DNA from: Lama guanicoe
Lineage: Eukaryota
DNA length: 64,000 bases
Assembly: GCA_013239625.1 (NCBI GenBank)
Contig: MU053792.1
Location: 594,941-658,940, forward strand
Direction: 5' to 3'
A model generated the notes under the pieces. It searched no databases and was not told the DNA's origin. It saw only the letters and a program-made list of their open reading frames with translations. The translations under genes and the position numbers were made by a program. How positions within the stretch are numbered: the first letter of the stretch is position 1; every line of letters starts with the position of its first letter. Positions 1 to 13,307 of the stretch are shown piece by piece.

Positions 1-24
1 GTTGGTCAGCTTTTGCTGACAGAT

Positions 25-44
25 TATCTATCTATCTATCATCT
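25..44. repeat. (TATC)n microsatellite
   Basis: tatctatctatctatcatct read directly. Confidence 0.8.
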
Positions 45-2478
45 TCCCAAACATACACAAAATACAGAGAGGACCTAGTTCTGGCATTCTGAATATCCCC
101 TGGATTTATCATAATTTGATGACAATGTATTGACCTGAATTAACCCCATCTTGCCATGATCTGTCAAGAATTAAACCACGTTTTTGACACTTGTGATCAT
201 TGGTCTGACGTGATCTGTCCAGGTGGGAATATTAATTCTGATTTTTAGGCATCATACGTGTAAAGTGTAGGCCAAGATGATTTGAGTTTTAAGTAGTGAG
301 TTATAGCATTCTGTTCTTGTTGAATTCATGGTCAATTAAAACTTAACACTTTGCTCTTTTTTCCACATGAGTTGTTACAAATTGACCTCTCCATAGGGAT
401 TTCTGTAAAATTCAGAAATGAAAGATTTAACATGTACACTTGTAAATTTCAGTTTGTTTGGAATCGTCAAGACCATTTTGAGCCTTACTTTGATTACCTG
501 TAAACTGCTTGAAATTCCATGTGACTTTTACTGTATGGTTATCCATATTGATGATTACAGTTAAGATCAGGCTGTGACACAGGGCAGATGCAAGACAATC
601 CCAGATCACAAACCAGTATGCTCGTCAGGTGTGTGTGGTCAGGTAAATACGAATTCTCCTAAAATAATTTATTTGATCGAGTTCTCCATCTTGTTCATAA
701 AGATTGTCATTTCAGCGCAGCTGTCCTTTTCTTTAACATCAAAACAAAAAGACCGTCAAATTTAATTGAAAAAGAGAATTTTCAATTCTAAGATGTCTGG
801 GGCTTTTGAAATTGGTATAATGCTTTTGAAAATCAATTTGTCACAATTTATCAAAAGCATTAAAAACTGTGAAGCATTTGAACTCATGAATACAGTCAAG
901 TATCTATCTAGTCATGAAAGTGCTCTTTAAGCATCACTTAGCAGTGTTTAGTTGGGGAATGGTCAAATTAATCAAACTTCAGCCAGACAGTCTGAGGAAG
1001 AATATCAATTATGACAGCCCTCTACCTGACCTGTCCCAACAGTTCTGAGTTCAAGAATCTTTTTCTATGTATGTAGAGACTCTTTATATTTTTTTCTTTC
1101 TTTGTGTTATCTCATTTCGTTTTCTTACAGAAGAACCAGTGTCATAATAGGAAATAAAAAGTGTTCTAGTCAGATGTAAAACAGTTATTCTCAAAAGGCA
1201 ATAATGATTTATGAGTCATAGAGCTATTTGAATGATTTTTTAAAAGGCATCGCTTGTTTAGAGGACATAGATCTTCCACACCAGTCCTGGATGACAGCCA
1301 GGTAAACATAGGTACATGATTTGTTCTGGCAATAGTATATCTTACGGTTCTGTGCAGATATTTTGAAATTGTAGCCAATGAATGATGTGAAAAATCACTG
1401 TTGTTGATTTTGCCCTCCCTCTTCCACACTCCCTCCCCCTTGCTTCTCATCCTCCCAAGCACAGAAGATATTGGAGGGGGATTCAGAAATAATGTGATAA
1501 TCCACTTGGGTCTGAAAGATGGGTGAGATTTTACCATTCTGTAAAAGAGAGAAAAATAGTTGAGACAGACAAAAGAGCATCATAAAAAAAAGGTATAAAA
1601 CTGTGTGGACAGCTTTAGGGAGCAGAAATGCGGCAGGAAAATGGAGGCAGGGATGGGGGGATGGAGTGGCAGTTTGAGAGGAGGGTGCAGACAGCACTGC
1701 AGATGTAGAGAGGAGCCTTGCAAATTGCCTTCTAAGCAAAGATAAGGATTTCGTTTTCTTATTCTGGGCCAGAAGACAACAAGACTCATTTTAAGCAGTT
1801 TATAACATAATTATATTTGTGTTTTAGGAAGAATTCTAGCACCACTGTTTATCATTCATGTGTACAGCTAAACGTGGCTCCTTTTCCATACCAACTACAC
1901 TAGGAAATCGTTCCCTAGAGAAGAAATGCTTTCTTGCTACTTTAGTTGCTGTTTGTTGAGCCCATTATTGTATGTAATTCTGCTCACTATTTTCCATCAA
2001 GAACTGTTAACTTACAGAAAGAAAAAAAACCCAAAAAAGCCTTGGCTTATTATCTCAACCATGTGTCTTCAGACTACAAACCAGGTCTTCTATGATAATA
2101 GGCAGGTTGGAAAAGAGTTGGTGTCTGTGGGAGGAAAAAATGAACAAACAAGCATCATTTATACTGTGTATAAAGGCAATTAAGCCTCCTTACAGATTGG
2201 TTTAGATGCTGACAGAACACTGCATATTTCATTGCAGATTTAATTTCAGACTATCCACCTTTTTAGGTACTGCTGTTAGTAGAAGTTTATTTAATTTAGT
2301 TGGTACAGATGAGCATCTGTACTAAAGTTGGACTTGTCACTCAGTCACAGAGTATTAATAATTGGTTTAAGACAAGTGAATTGAACAATTGTAAGACTAG
2401 AATAATAATTAGTAAGGTTGCCACAATATATGTATGACCACCACATACAAATGAATACATATATATGCACACATGTGC

Positions 2479-2495
2479 GCACACACACACACACA
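2479..2495. repeat. (CA)n microsatellite
   Basis: Run of CA dinucleotides. Confidence 0.85.
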
Positions 2496-2667
2496 AACCT
2501 TACCAAAGGGAAAAATACTGTGAAACAATAGTGCTTATAATTTGCAAGATACGGTTTTTCCTTACCTTCAGAATAATGAATTATGAACTTTCATGTACAT
2601 ACTTTTGCCCAATACTACTTATAAATTTATTTTTGAAAATAAAAATACAACATATATTTAAGAATAA

Positions 2668-2773
2668 CTTTGTAAATAACTTTATACTGTTATATATAAT
2701 GTATATGTGTATAATATACACTATATTTATATATAATGTACATTATATATAAAGTATAAAGTTATTTACAAAG
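2668..2773. repeat. AT-rich inverted repeat with nested palindrome
   Basis: 2668-2688 is the exact reverse complement of 2753-2773; 2726-2753 is a perfect 28-bp palindrome. Confidence 0.9.
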
Positions 2774-3689
2774 AATCTGTTGTGTACTTATGTAATACAT
2801 ACATGCCTTTAGCATTTGATTCTTGTTATTTTCACAAACTTTGTTAATGATTGTATGTTATGAAAACATAAGTGGCTGTGAAAATAAGTCTCATTTTACA
2901 GAAGTGATCAAATCACAGTTTAGAAACCAAGTATGAATATTTTATTGAGAAGGAAATCTTGCTATTTTTTTTAATTTACAAAATGGCAATGTCTCCACTT
3001 CTCTTACTCTTTGTTTTATTTCAAAGAGTAATTATCCCTTTAGTGATAGTAACACTCTAGTGCTTTTAAATCATTAGACTGCAACCAATGTGCTGTCTAC
3101 TTGGCAGAATAGTATATAACTTCATAATTTAGAGGCTTTTAATATGTGGGATGTATAAAAGATGTCATGGCAGTGAAAAAAAGATAGACTGACTTTTGAT
3201 TCCAGTTTCATAAGAATCATAATATATAGAAGAGATTGAAAAATGCCATACCAAAATTTTGGTAATGATTATTTTTAATATTATTATGCAGAATTTTTGT
3301 TTTTAATTTACGTATTTCTGAGTTTTTACATGTTTACAAAAGCATACTTTTCTGATTAACAATATTTAAAGAAGAAAAAAATATAGTGACCTTACCACTA
3401 AGTATTATGTTTGTCTTGCTCTGTCCAAATGGAACAGATAATCTAGGGAGATCTTTAGACATTGAAGCTAGTATCAGGGCTTGTTGTCAGACTATCATGT
3501 TCACTTAGCAGTTGCCATGTTTGATCTCTCTGCTTACACTCTTTTATTATTTTAAAATGAAAATATCAGCTTGAATTAATTAAAAGTATTAAATTAAGTT
3601 GTTATGCTTACTTACATTAAAAGAGCCAAGAGAATAGTTGGTGACTACAGGCATTTTTCATTGCCAGTTGAAATATATAACTTACCAAG

Positions 3690-3998
3690 CTTTTTTTTTA
3701 ATAGAGTTTATTTTTTTTTAAAGCAGATTCAGGTTCACAGCAGAATTGAGCAGAAAATACAGAGTTCACCCATAGCTCTCCCCACCCACACACATATATT
3801 CCCCTACCCTCAGCATCCCTCATCAGTGTGGCATATTTGGTACAATTGATGAACCAACATGGGAACATTATTATCAACCGAAGTCCATAGTTTACGTTAG
3901 AGTTGACTCTTGATTTTGTACATTCTATGAGCTTTGACAAATGCATAATGACATGTAGCCACCACTATAGTACCATACAGAATAATTTCATTGCCCTA
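3690..3998 (-). mobile_element. Old L1 3' end fragment (L1MB-like), 5'-truncated
   Basis: T-tract followed by typical L1M 3'UTR text (aggttcacagcagaattgagcagaaaatacagag...gtccatagtttacgttag); TSD aacttaccaag at 3679-3689 and 3999-4009. Confidence 0.85.
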
Positions 3999-4092
3999 AA
4001 CTTACCAAGTTTAATTGCCTATATTTTTTTCAATTCTATGGGAAGGACAGTAGCTGCATGAGTGAGTTGATGGCTCTCGGATATCTGGTCCC

Positions 4093-4310
4093 TTTCTCTG
4101 GGAAGTCTTTCTCACCACCCTAGGCTAGTTTAGACTCTACTGTGCTATGATCCTAATGGCATCTTGAGCATCCTTTGCTGCATTATATTATCATTTTACT
4201 TTCTCCGTCTGGAATATGAACTCCTGGCTGACTGGGATGTCATTGTATTTGTGAGTCAATCCCTAGGGCTTGGCTCATGGCACTTCGCCTGGCACATAAT
4301 ACTAAATTAA
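4093..4310 (+). mobile_element. L2 3' end fragment
   Basis: Degenerate L2 tail motifs (tctgggaagtctttc...atatgaactcct...cctggcacataat). Confidence 0.55.
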
Positions 4311-6499
4311 TACCACTGAGTGTGTGGATATGAGAACGGAGGGATTTGGGAATTGATGGTTAGATATTTGTGTTCTAAGTCAATTTTTTAGCATCCAGTT
4401 AAGAAGTGTGGCAGATTCCATATTAGTGATGGTTAAGAATATAGAAACATGAAAAACAATTCTTTTGGACTTCTCCATATGAACAGGAGACTGGTGAAGG
4501 GTTGTGAAGATTATCACAGTTGTATAAACACATTGCCTTCAGGATTTAGAGGCTAAGAGTCATATAGTTAAGAGTTTCCACGTGTGAAGGGACAGTCTTA
4601 CAACTTGCCCTTCCTCTGAGTTCAGATGTCTCATGGTGATCGTTTCACCTGAATTATCGGCACTGCCAGGATGCCTGCCCACGTACAGCTCTCCATTTAA
4701 AATTCTGATCCAAGCGTCAATGGTTCATTTTCATTTCTACCCCCAGCTTTGTTCTGAACACAGCATTTGTAAAAATTTTAGAGCCACTCAAAACCTTACA
4801 CTTCTACCTGGTTTCCAAAACAATTTTTGTGTGTCTAGGACACCGAGCATCATTGCATTTCGGGGACACAAGCTTCTCTGCTTCTAAGTATCACACAGTG
4901 TGGTGAAGACCATTGAAAATCTCCACACGATGTTATAAATTCTCTGATACCATTGGAGATGAGGCATCTAGCCCTGCCTGCATTAGTGTGTTTATAATGT
5001 ACTTTAAAAGGATTTTTTCTCTTTTCTGTCCTTATGGGGAGAAGGACAGTTTGACTGTCTCTTATAGGGCCAAGATAATAGATTAAAGAAAAGGACTCTG
5101 CATTAATCACCCTAATTTGATTCATGAAGTAAGATGGATCCATTTACTTAGATGCCAAAATTTATATGGAAAGAATAAAACCTAATTCTTTGTCAGCCCC
5201 AGGTTAGACTCAACACCTATGAATCTGAACCACCTATTTTGTCTTAGAGCTCAAATTCCTTGTCACTTCTAAATTCTATATTTCTTTAAGTATCTGTATG
5301 TTTGCTACCAAGTTATTCTGCCCCTTTTAATATGCATCTTTTTAAGAGTTCAGTTGTCACTTTAGTTAATTGAATGTTCATTTGGCAACTGTCTTGCTTC
5401 CTTCATTAGGCTACACATTTTATTGAAAAGAAATATTAGATGTGATATTAGGCCATAAAAAGCTGATAATCTGCTGGAAAAGTGGAAATCACTTCATATG
5501 AAATAAGAGAACAAGAAGGTGTTTAATTAGAATACTGTGTATCGTGTGATAATCACCAAAGAAGAAATATCAGAAGAGGCCAGACTTTATAAACATCAAC
5601 GTTAATAAAGTGTAATTTAATCTGGTCATAAAAGGAATGGGAAGGGAAGGGAGAGACATAAAACAGGGTTGAACGGAGTAAGCAAGCCCGCTGACCTTGG
5701 CGATGGGGTGACGCAGTGCAGGAAAGTGTCTTACTGGATCCAATAAGTAGAGTTAAAGTGAGGGGAGACCGGTGAGGGAGTCCATTGTAAATTCAGGACT
5801 TGAGAAGCCCAGAAAGGAAGCTGATAACAGAGAATATGCTAAGGTTTGGACAGGGGACTGGCATTATGAAAAGTGGAATTCAAGGACTCTTGTTCTGGCA
5901 TGAGTATGCAGGATCAACTAGAGAGAAAAGAGGGCAGATACAAGAGCACAGAATGAGCCAAAGTCTCACTCGTTTCTCAGCAGCTCTCGTTCTGTTTCCC
6001 TACAAGCTGTAGTTTTAACTGACTTCTCATCTTACCTCCTTGTAAGAATCTACTCCGGACACATCTTTTTACTTGCACTTCCCACTTTCTGGCCTCTGCT
6101 CTTTCTCACTTACACCCAGTTTTAAAGACAATAAATAGCACTGCTGTAAATGTCTTTCCACTTTCTTTGCATATGTGGAAACACTTCCATCCTTCCAGTC
6201 CAGGTCCCTGTGAAAGGAGGAAGCATAGGCAACGGAGCTAAATGTGGATTCAATTCCCTTCATTGTCACTCACTCACCATGTGAATTTTTGACAGCTTAG
6301 TCAACTTTGAGTTTCAGGAGTCTAAGTTATAAATGAAGGGAAAATTACCTTGTTTTAATTGGAAACATATAGCAACATGCATCAAAATACATCACAGGAA
6401 GTGTGTAGGTGTTCTCCGAGGATTACAGTGATCATTGAAATAATATTATGTATTATTCCCTCAGCCTCATGGGAACAAAGGCAGACTTTCATGGCTGAT

Positions 6500-6800
6500 G
6501 GAGGTGAAGTTGAAGGTGTCTCCAGGATTATGACTTAAAAGATGGTGGAGGGTGTTGCTATGAAGTAGGATAAAGAATGAAGATGGAATAAAAGATCCTA
6601 TAGCGATATTATTCATTCATTTTGGAGCTAATTGAATTAGAAATTTCCGTCTGCTGGAGGAGTTCGGTGGGCAGTTGAGTATTCAAGTAGCTGTAAAAAG
6701 ACTGAGCTGAAGGTATGGGTTTTAGAATTACCTGCATGTAGGTAGCAATTAAAACCATGAGCAAGAAGGAGATTGCTGGAATACATCCAGTTAGCATTAA
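6500..6800 (-). mobile_element. L2 reverse transcriptase region relic
   Basis: Minus-strand translation AHGFNCYLHAGNSK resembles the L2 RT motif SHGFNYHLYADDSQ. Confidence 0.65.
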
Positions 6801-7619
6801 AACAGAATAAAAACAATTTTCTCTGAAAGATCAGCATCATGAGAAACACAATAATAAACTGTCTAGTCTGGTCTACAAGACTTTGAAAAAATTAACTTGT
6901 TTCCAACCTAAAAATCAGTAGATTATACATGAAAGTTTGGATTTCTGACTTCTCTGGAAAATTACAAAATCCTTACGACAATGTATCTGAATTCCCTAAT
7001 GGCAACTATTATCTGGAGGTTAACTGGAGTGGCCTCCAGTTAAATAAGGTCTGTTTTCTCTAGTTGGATCTTAGAAATCTTGAAGTCTACTTCCCATCTA
7101 GACCTTGTAGGCAGTTTCTCAGAAGCCACAGAGAATATATAACCCTGGCATATGCCTCAGCGAGGCGTGGAAATTGAAATTTATTATGATGGAGAGACTT
7201 CTCAGCTTTAAGATAAGTTACCAAGGCAACATCTCCAATACCTTGAAGTGTTTAGAACAAATCAGAATGTAAACATAGAAGCTTCTTAAGGGTGGTAACT
7301 TCATGGTGTTCTATGTTGTGTTATATAGGAACTATTAGTTCCATAGGTGCTCAGTAATTATTAAATCACCTTAATAAATAAGTACACTTTAAACAGAGGA
7401 ATTTTACTACCACTTATATGGATTTCTGTTGGAAAATGACAAACTCAAGATTACTTTTTTGTATGTACATGCTTTTCACAACCGACAACATTGCCATTTC
7501 TTAGAAGACTTTTATATATGTCTATCTAAAGTACTTATTTTTCTAGTTGTCAGATTTAAAGAAACAGATTCCAAAGTATAAGCTTACAAATGATGCAGAA
7601 GTTGTAAATCTGTTCAGTA

Positions 7620-7730
7620 GAGTTTAAGCTTCTTGGGAGAGAGTCTTCAGTCTCTATATTTTATTCCCTGAACATAGAACATAGCACAGTGTGTAAAATG
7701 TCATAAACTCTCAGGAAGTATTTTTGATGT
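7620..7730 (+). mobile_element. L2 3' terminal fragment
   Basis: taagcttcttgggagagagtc...tagcacagtg pattern typical of L2 tails. Confidence 0.45.
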
Positions 7731-8261
7731 AGATTTGCATTATTCAAGCTGTGGATCCAAAAATCAGTGTAATTGCACTGGAGTTTTGAAGTTCAAGTTT
7801 GGAAATATCTTGCACCCCAGAAAGCTAGATTATAAATGTCAGAGAACTATATTTCCAGACCTACTTCAATAACAAAATCGGAATCCAAGACCTGGAAGAC
7901 TCTTTTTGAAATCACATAAATTACAACCACTTTATCAATAACAAAACCTTTCAGATAGCCTATGTTATTTAATTCTCAATACAACTCCTAGAAATAACTA
8001 GAAATATTAGTCTGGAACTTAAGACTCCTAACACTAGCCTGGTGCTTTGTGCTCTTAAGTTGCACATGGTGTCTGCCCCTTCCCAGACATCATGGCCTGA
8101 GGCAGATTGTTGACCCTTTTCTGATTTTCCTGATCTGCAAGACTGGTACAGTGGTAGTAACGTGCAGGGCTCCAGCGAGCTCTGATGGACATTTTGCCTG
8201 TAAAATGCCTTGCGTGGTGCCTGATGCATGGATCATCTGGCTGTGACTCTCACTGCTCTGC

Positions 8262-8335
8262 CACTTACCCAAGGTCTGTCAGCCAGTAATTAGACTCCAA
8301 ACCCAAATCTTTTGACTCCAGATTCCAGGCTGGTT
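8262..8335 (-). mobile_element. MIR fragment
   Basis: cacttacccaaggtc...aacccaaatcttttgactcca resembles the antisense MIR head. Confidence 0.55.
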
Positions 8336-11119
8336 TTAATATTCCACAAAAGACTAACCAGGCTTAAAAGTTGCCACTCAGATTCTGACAGTCCCCAGAT
8401 TTCCTATGTTGCCGTATGGACTTATTATGTAATAGATGGAAAATAATCTTCTGGACTGGCTGCATGATTGTGAAAAATAAAACATTGACAGATATTCTAG
8501 ATATAGGTGAGTGTTGGAAAAGTTTTCCCAAAATCTATTGCAAAAAGTACACACTCTGTAGTGCACGCACCAATATTTTATTACGTGATTTCTGCATGTG
8601 TAATTTTGAGCTGAGACTTGCGGAATATGAATAGCTCTGTCCGATTAGCTGTGATAATAATACCTCACACATGGATGGTACTTCACAATGTTTCTAAAGT
8701 GAGACATTTGGAAATTGGTTGCTATACAGGGTTTCTGATAAGTGTATCGCCAGTTAAAACTACAACTTATGTCTTTTTCTCAAATATCTGCAAATACAGG
8801 AGTCATATTTAACTGTTCCCTAAAGTAACAGTATCAGAGACTTCAGAAATAAATAAATATCTTTCATTTTCTTTGAAACACAAAATAGAACCAGGGGAAT
8901 TAACCTCTGTGTAGGAAATTAACTGCTAAAAGTAAAGTAAAATGTCAGTATTTGAATTACAACCGTACTAAGAAATAGATAATTTGTGACTTGGGAGCAA
9001 AAACCAGTATTTTAAGCGGTGGGGGGAGACAATATAAAGAAGATATGTCATCGTGCTGGTAAATGACTGTTCCACAGTAGGTGACAAGCATAAGAATATA
9101 CGTTATAAATTTCATTGGTTTTCCTTTAGGAGAACTGGCTAAGTAAAATTGAAATCAGAATTGTGGAAATTACATTTTTGACAAAGGAAAAACTAGGAAG
9201 AACATTTTGTAATTTCTGTGGGACTCACAGAGGTGAGTCTTGTCCTGGATTCAGGCCATTTCACAGATCATTAGAGGCATGAGAAGAGACTGCTGCTTCT
9301 TGCTTGGCTGGGCTGTGGCAGCCTTCCACACGGAGCCTCCCAGCCAAATGGTCCCCTGAAGTGACCCTCGCTATCCCTGCACCTGAAATTGTGTGAGTGG
9401 CTAAGAGCAGACTTCGACTTTGAATATGGACCAACATGAACAACTTCTCAGATTTTTTTATTTACGATTTAAATATCACAGTAAACGCTAACCTTATTTA
9501 CTTCAACTATTCTCCATAAACTCAAATCCTGAAAAAAAAAAGCACATAGACATTATTTTATATATTCAAGGTGATTTAGAAACAGGGAAGTATAAAAGAC
9601 GATTTCCAGAGCCTGACATGGAATGCCACCAGAAGACCTGACAGCTGAGTATTCCACATCAGCCCAGAGGCGTCTCTGCCTCACACCTCTGTTACCATGC
9701 CTGTGTGCAACTCTGAACACTGGCTCTTAACTATTGAGTACATCTGGCATCCAGTACATGTGAAGCAGACAATTTTGGAATACAAACTGAGCAACTTCCA
9801 ACACAAAAAAGAAAAAGGCAAATACCATCTTGCATTCCATCAGTTGCTTTCATTAGATGATTCCCCACATGGAATGCCTAGTAGTGTAACATTTTCATGT
9901 TTATTATAATTAGATAATGCTCATGAAATGTACATTTTTAATGCAGTGGTGAACGAAATTTGCAGAAGTGCAGATAGCATGATTTCCTATGTTTTTAAAA
10001 TAATTTCCTGCTCTCTTCATTCTGTCCCTTAAGAATACTTTGCCATTTTTCACTTTGTTCAAAATCAGCCTTTTAAATTTCAAAGTGACTTTTTATTTAG
10101 TCTCATTTACTTTCCTCACCCCACCTGACCCATATACCAAGTCAAAACATCATATATTTTCATCCTTTTCCTTTCTTCATAGATACAATAAGTAGCCTTC
10201 ATTATCAGGGCTAACATGGAAAAGACTGCCCTCTTCCATTTCCCCTGCATCCCCAGGGTTTGGAAGTCCATGGTCTAAAGTCTAGCCTCATTTAGTGCAC
10301 ACCATATGGTGAAGCTTCCCCACTGTGATGACAATGTCACTGTAAACATATGCTTTGGAAAAGAGGATGCTTATTTAATCCATGAACTCTTTATAAAGAG
10401 AAATCTTAAAATAATGACATGGGATGACAGGATTTCTCAACAACGATTCATTTCAAATAAACCACAGAGGTGGGGATTCTCAGTTCTAACTGCCCTGGCT
10501 AGAATTGATTCAGTGCATTATCTGTCATGACCATCAGATCATCCAGTTCCCTCAGTCTGATGTGTTTGAATTTTACCACAGGATCATTCAAGTTTCTTGA
10601 CTTTTCATTTGGCATTAATAAAACAATGAATTCAGCACGCATCAATACAAAACAATGGTGGGAGGTTTTTTTGGCATCAAAAATATTAAGTATAGAGATA
10701 GAGGAGAATTTAGAACATTTATAAGATTAAAACTGTACAAAATGCTGTTTAACTTTGATATTTGTACTCCATGTTATCGTTGAGAATATAGTCAATTGTT
10801 TGAAAATATTTCCTGTGATGTTAGATAATCTTAATAGTGCGAGGTATAAATAGAAGCTTTGTTGCCTTTAAAGCTAGAAATAGAAATATATAATTGACTT
10901 TAATGTATTTCATTATATTAACAATAGAATTCTATGCCTATCACCTTTAAAAAATCCTTTTGCCTACAAGAGCATTATATAAAATCTTACTGTACTATCA
11001 TTGCTATTTTAATAGTAATACTTTTAAATTAGACTGAATTTCTCTAGGGAATAGTGTCTTTGGATTTTGTGCATATTGTGAGTCATCTCAGAAAAAAGCA
11101 TTTACATTTGTTAAAAGAA

Positions 11120-11350
11120 GTATTTATAAATGTTTACTGAGAGCTTAAGTAAGGCAAGATACCATACTAGGCACTACAGAGGATTCAAAGAAAAGGCTGC
11201 CATCATGAAATTTAAAGTCTAGAAGGAGAAATAAAAAAAAAAAAATAAGTGGATGACCATCATATAAACTAGATAGTGGTAAATACCACAGTGTTCTCTG
11301 CAGGTTCTAAGAATAGAAAAAATTTTATTCAGGAAAATGTGGCATTGTGT
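11120..11350 (-). mobile_element. L2 3' end fragment
   Basis: aaatgtttactgagagc...accatactaggcactacagag is an antisense L2 tail pattern. Confidence 0.55.
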
Positions 11351-11382
11351 CTTAAAACTAGGTAGATTATTAATAGCTCATA

Positions 11383-12000
11383 TTTTTTAATTGAAGTATA
11401 GTCAGCTTTACAATGTGTCAATTTCTGGTGTACAGCACATTGCTTCAGTCATGCATGAATATACGTATATTCATTTTCACATTCCTATTCCTTGTAAGTT
11501 ACTACAAGATATCAAATATAGTTCCCTGTGCTATACAGAAGAAACCTATCATTTATCTATTTTATATGTAATAGTTAATATTTGCAAATCTTGAGCTCCT
11601 GATTTATCTTCCCTACCCCCTTTCTCCCGGTAACCATAAGTTTGTTTACTAAGTCTGTGAGTCTGTTTCTCTTTTGTGAATAAGTTCATTAGTGTCTTCT
11701 TTTTTTTTTTAGATCCCACATATGAGTGAAATAATATGGTATTTTTCTTTATCTTTCTGCCTTACTTCACTTAGAATAAAGATCTCCAGCTCCATCCATT
11801 TTGCTGCAAATTATTTTATTCTTCTTTATGGCTGAGTAGTATTCCATTGTATAAATATACCACAGCTTCTTTATCCAGTCATCTATTGATGGACATTTAG
11901 GTTGTTTCCATGTCTTGGCTATTGTATATAGTATCAATACGAACATTGGGGTTCATGTGTCTTTTCAAATTTGAGTTCCTTCCAGATACATGCCCAGGAG
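11383..12000 (-). mobile_element. Lineage-specific L1 3' end, 5'-truncated
   Basis: ttttttaattgaagtatagtc start and canonical L1 3'UTR (ggctgagtagtattccattg, gatggacatttaggttgtttccatgtcttggc); similar to the copy at 39968. Confidence 0.92.
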
Positions 12001-13307
12001 TATTTTAGAGTCATTGTCACATACTATTATTCTACAAGGAGGTAAAATAAAGTGTGATTTGAAAATAAAGATTTTTAAAAGCTAACCCAAATGAGAATGA
12101 TCATAAAAGAAGCAGATGGTTCACCAGTGGAGTTTTAGTTCCAATTAAGATGGCTATCTGAGATCCTAAATTCTTATAATGCTGTATTTTTGCTATCAAT
12201 GTGTCATGTAACTTTGTACTAATTCACTGTCACCTGATAGATGATCTAGATTGCTTTTTCTGAAAGAACTAAAATAGCTCTTATGGTTGGTTCTTATGCA
12301 AGAGTGAAATTGTGAAGTACTTCCCCCAAAGAAATCCTCAAGTTGAAACACTAATTGAAAGACTAATGGAAACTGCGCAGTATTGATGGTGATTGACATG
12401 AAACCAATGTAGTGGAAAGATCATGCTGATATGAACAGGGAGATATGTGGTGGAAGAGATGGTTAACTAGAGGCTACCAGGGCTGCAGCATCCACAAACA
12501 CCACTCAGTAAGCAGAGTATATATTGCAACTACCCTGAATTTATTCCATAAATAATACATAAAATTATTTTTAAACAAATTGCATTAAGTACAAAGTAGT
12601 GATGTTATCAAATGGTTTTTCTCCTGAGGAATCTGTACCTTAGAGAGTACTTTATTTTTTTCTTCATATTTTATTATTGCATATTATTTGCATTTGTTTA
12701 AAAATAATTTTTTCTATTGTTCAGGCTTTCTCTCTGGTAAAAAAAGTATTTTTTCATTTACCCTAATATTTCAGAGTCTCTTCATTGACCTCAGGTTTTC
12801 ATACATCAGCCTCCTTTAGAAAGCTTATGGTGAACTACCATTTTCACTGTATATCTACCCCTCGAGGGAAGTGCTTTCTTTATCCAGCTTTCTTTCAGTT
12901 ATTTGAACTCTCTTTTTTCTCTCTAACTTTCCTAGAGTAACATTCTTTCTTCATTTTCTTCACCATTATCCTTTACCTTTTTTTATTAGTGAAATTGTCC
13001 ACATATGCTTTTCTATTACGTATTCTCAGTTTTCAAATTAGGGTTGTACACGTGGTAGATTATCAGAAAGTACTTACATAAAAACTCAATATTTCACTAG
13101 CATTTTTCCTTAAAACAATAAAGTGACAAAGCAAGTAAATCATCATAAATAAAGCAGGGATACATCTTATCTCCCTCTTACTTGGAAAGGAATTACTTAT
13201 TAAAACACACTAATTCCATGAGGAGGAGGGAATATTTATTCTTTGCCAGACCTAACTCCAAATTGAGCTCTTCTACACTGCACTGATTACACGTTACACT
13301 GATCAGC

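Noticed and set aside
5..20. gtcagc-tttt-gctgac hairpin as a terminator
   Set aside because: A 6-bp stem is expected by chance, and intrinsic terminators do not apply to mammalian DNA
571..648. Possible exon ending cag|gtaaat
   Set aside because: No good polypyrimidine tract upstream; peptides not recognisable
1166..1789. Overlapping minus-strand ORFs of 69-123 aa
   Set aside because: Low-complexity translation of purine-rich DNA with no domain similarity
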